Origin: an uncultured Rivularia sp.
GTDB lineage: Bacteria > Cyanobacteriota > Cyanobacteriia > Cyanobacteriales > Nostocaceae
Assembly: GCA_963665115.1 (NCBI GenBank)
Contig: OY762007.1
Coordinates: forward strand, 2,560,001-2,624,000
Length of the DNA stretch: 64,000 bases
Direction: 5' to 3'
Shown here one piece after another: positions 62,074 through 64,000 of the stretch. The position numbers and the translations under genes were made by a program. The notes beneath the pieces are model-generated. The model saw only the letters and a program-made list of their open reading frames with translations. It was not told the DNA's origin and ran no database searches. Within the stretch, counting starts at the first letter, position 1, and each line of letters opens with the position of its first letter.

Positions 62074-63054
62074 GTGTTGACACAACCAGATTTAATTATT
62101 TCCACAGCAAATCTAACAAAAAGCTACGGTAGAAATTCAGTTGTTGAGAAGCTAAATTTAGCCGTACCTCGTGGCTCTATTTGTGGTTTTCTCGGTCCGA
62201 ATGGAGCGGGTAAAAGTACTACAATCAAGCTATTGCTGGGATTAGTAAAGCCAAGTAGTGGAGACGGTACTATTCTGGGTGAAAATATTGTTAGGGATAG
62301 CGTTAGTATTCGGGAGCGAGTTGGTTTTTTGGCTCAAGAGCCGCGTTTTTACGGATATTTAACCGCTCGCGAAACTCTACGTTTTGTAGCTTCTTTCTTT
62401 TTCAAAGGTTCCAATAGCCAAATTGAAAGTCGAATTGATGAAATTATCTATATTGTAGGTTTAGATGGCAAAGAAAACCGTCCGGTAAAAGGTTTTTCTG
62501 GAGGCGAGCGTCAGCGTCTCGGTATTGCTCAAGCTGCCATTAACGATCCAGAGTTAATTATTCTCGATGAGCCAGCATCGGCTTTAGATCCATTAGGAAG
62601 ACGCGATATGTTACAAATTATCGAAAGTTTTCGCGGCAGAAGTACGGTTTTTTATTCAACCCATATTCTTGATGACGTGCAGCGGGTAAGTGATATGGTG
62701 GTGATTCTCAACAACGGAAAATTAGTTGCTCAAGGCTCCATTCAAGAATTGCTTGCGGGGAATCGCAGTCAATTTCATTTAACAGTACGCGGTGATGGGT
62801 TGACTATAAAAGATAAATTAACAAATATACCTTGGATTAAAAATATAAATATCGAACTAGGAATTCCCGATGTTGATAATAATAGAACCAGTAAATTACA
62901 CGTTAACGTTACTAACCCAAATACCGCCGAAGACGAACTTTTACGTTTAGTAATTACAGATAGCGAAACGGTTGTCACAGAATTTGGACGGACATCTTAC
63001 CAATTAGAAGATATTTTTGTAAATTTAGTAGAGGGAGGCAAAAATGCTCGTTAG
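62074..63054 (+). CDS. ABC transporter ATP-binding protein (ABC-2 exporter type)
   Basis: GPNGAGKST, FSGGERQR, ILDEP, STH. Confidence 0.93.
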   Translation: MLTQPDLIISTANLTKSYGRNSVVEKLNLAVPRGSICGFLGPNGAGKSTTIKLLLGLVKPSSGDGTILGENIVRDSVSIRERVGFLAQEPRFYGYLTARETLRFVASFFFKGSNSQIESRIDEIIYIVGLDGKENRPVKGFSGGERQRLGIAQAAINDPELIILDEPASALDPLGRRDMLQIIESFRGRSTVFYSTHILDDVQRVSDMVVILNNGKLVAQGSIQELLAGNRSQFHLTVRGDGLTIKDKLTNIPWIKNINIELGIPDVDNNRTSKLHVNVTNPNTAEDELLRLVITDSETVVTEFGRTSYQLEDIFVNLVEGGKNAR

Positions 63055-63817
63055 AACTTCTACTAACACTTGGCTGCGCGGCTTTTATCCCATATTTAGA
63101 AAAGAATTAGTTCGTTTTTTTGGAAATAAACGCTGGATATCGCCCTTAGTTCTTTGGATGGGATTATCGGCACTACCAACAATTTCTTTGATTACAGTTG
63201 GTGGCTCATCATTCTCTGCAAATCAAGGCATTGCCTTGTTGTCGTTATTTTTGTGGCTAGGTACTTTTCCAATGTCGATTGGAACTATCGTAATCAGTCA
63301 AGGTACGATTGTCGAAGAGAAATTAACCCAAACTTTGCTATGGATTTGTTCTAAACCTCTATCTGGTTCGGCTTTTGTTTTAGCTAAATTTGCTGCTTAT
63401 GCTGTTTTTATGGCTGTAATTATGTTGGGTGCCCCCGCATTGGTTATAGGTATTACAGCAGTAATGTTCGGAATAGATATAAGCTTTTTAATCGGTTTTT
63501 TTATCAGCATATTAATGATTTATTTGCTGTTACTGTTTTTTTTGGCATTAACTTTAATGCTGGGAACATTTTTTCAAAAAATTAGCTTTGTTACGGCGAT
63601 CGCCCTTATGGTTTACATCGGCGGGGGTAGCTTAAATGCAAATAAATATTTAAAACAAATTGAACCCTATAGTTTTGCAGCATTGCAGCGATATGCGCTT
63701 GAAACTGCTGCTGGTAAGTTTCCAATAGAAGCTTTGTTTGCGATAGGAATTACGCTTTTATTAATCGCGATATTTCTCTTTATTGCTTCATGGCAGATGG
63801 AACGATATGAATTTTAA
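63044..63817 (+). CDS. ABC-2 type permease
   Basis: About 6 TM helices; EK...TL......P.S...VLAK; overlaps the ATPase stop. Confidence 0.88.
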   Translation: MLVRTSTNTWLRGFYPIFRKELVRFFGNKRWISPLVLWMGLSALPTISLITVGGSSFSANQGIALLSLFLWLGTFPMSIGTIVISQGTIVEEKLTQTLLWICSKPLSGSAFVLAKFAAYAVFMAVIMLGAPALVIGITAVMFGIDISFLIGFFISILMIYLLLLFFLALTLMLGTFFQKISFVTAIALMVYIGGGSLNANKYLKQIEPYSFAALQRYALETAAGKFPIEALFAIGITLLLIAIFLFIASWQMERYEF

Positions 63818-64000
63818 AAATTTTATTTTATATCTTACCCAACCCAAAATTTATGGGTAAGGATGATGTGGCAACTGTGAAGTCTCTACATTTGTTAAAC
63901 ATTAAACTGTAAAAAAAGCAAACATTTACTATAAAACTTATAGTCTATTTTCTTTAAATCAAACTAACATCCAAAATTATTACAATTATTATTGCACAGC

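Overview
This is a 64-kb, AT-rich chromosomal region of a cyanobacterium. The evidence is frequent HIP1 GCGATCGC sites, STRR heptamer repeats, GTAG-type palindromic repeats, a flv4-0218-flv2 operon and a PEP-CTERM gene; a filamentous Nostocales/Rivulariaceae-like source is an inference. Housekeeping genes (PfkB kinase, gluconokinase, sppA, fni, msrA, ABC transporter) are mixed with accessory modules. Highlights: (1) a putative oxylipin operon with a lipoxygenase, an atypical CYP74-like cytochrome P450 and an unknown protein, next to TetR and two amidases; (2) an expanded RNA-repair locus in which Hen1 and Pnkp are separated by a stand-alone PNK-like kinase and a Thg1-like 3'-5' polymerase, with a Phd-RelE toxin-antitoxin pair upstream and a candidate RNase toxin-immunity pair downstream; (3) a type II restriction-modification cassette flanked by a 90-bp direct repeat of the neighbouring gene's first 30 codons; (4) a mosaic of orphan gene fragments behind flv2; (5) a candidate structured RNA at about 55.8 kb. 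About ten genes carry single-base frameshifts, nearly all net +1 at short homopolymers. These are most likely sequencing or assembly errors, so the genes are reported joined. No rRNA, tRNA, CRISPR array or full-length transposase was seen. All product calls come from recognising motifs by eye; no database searches were run.
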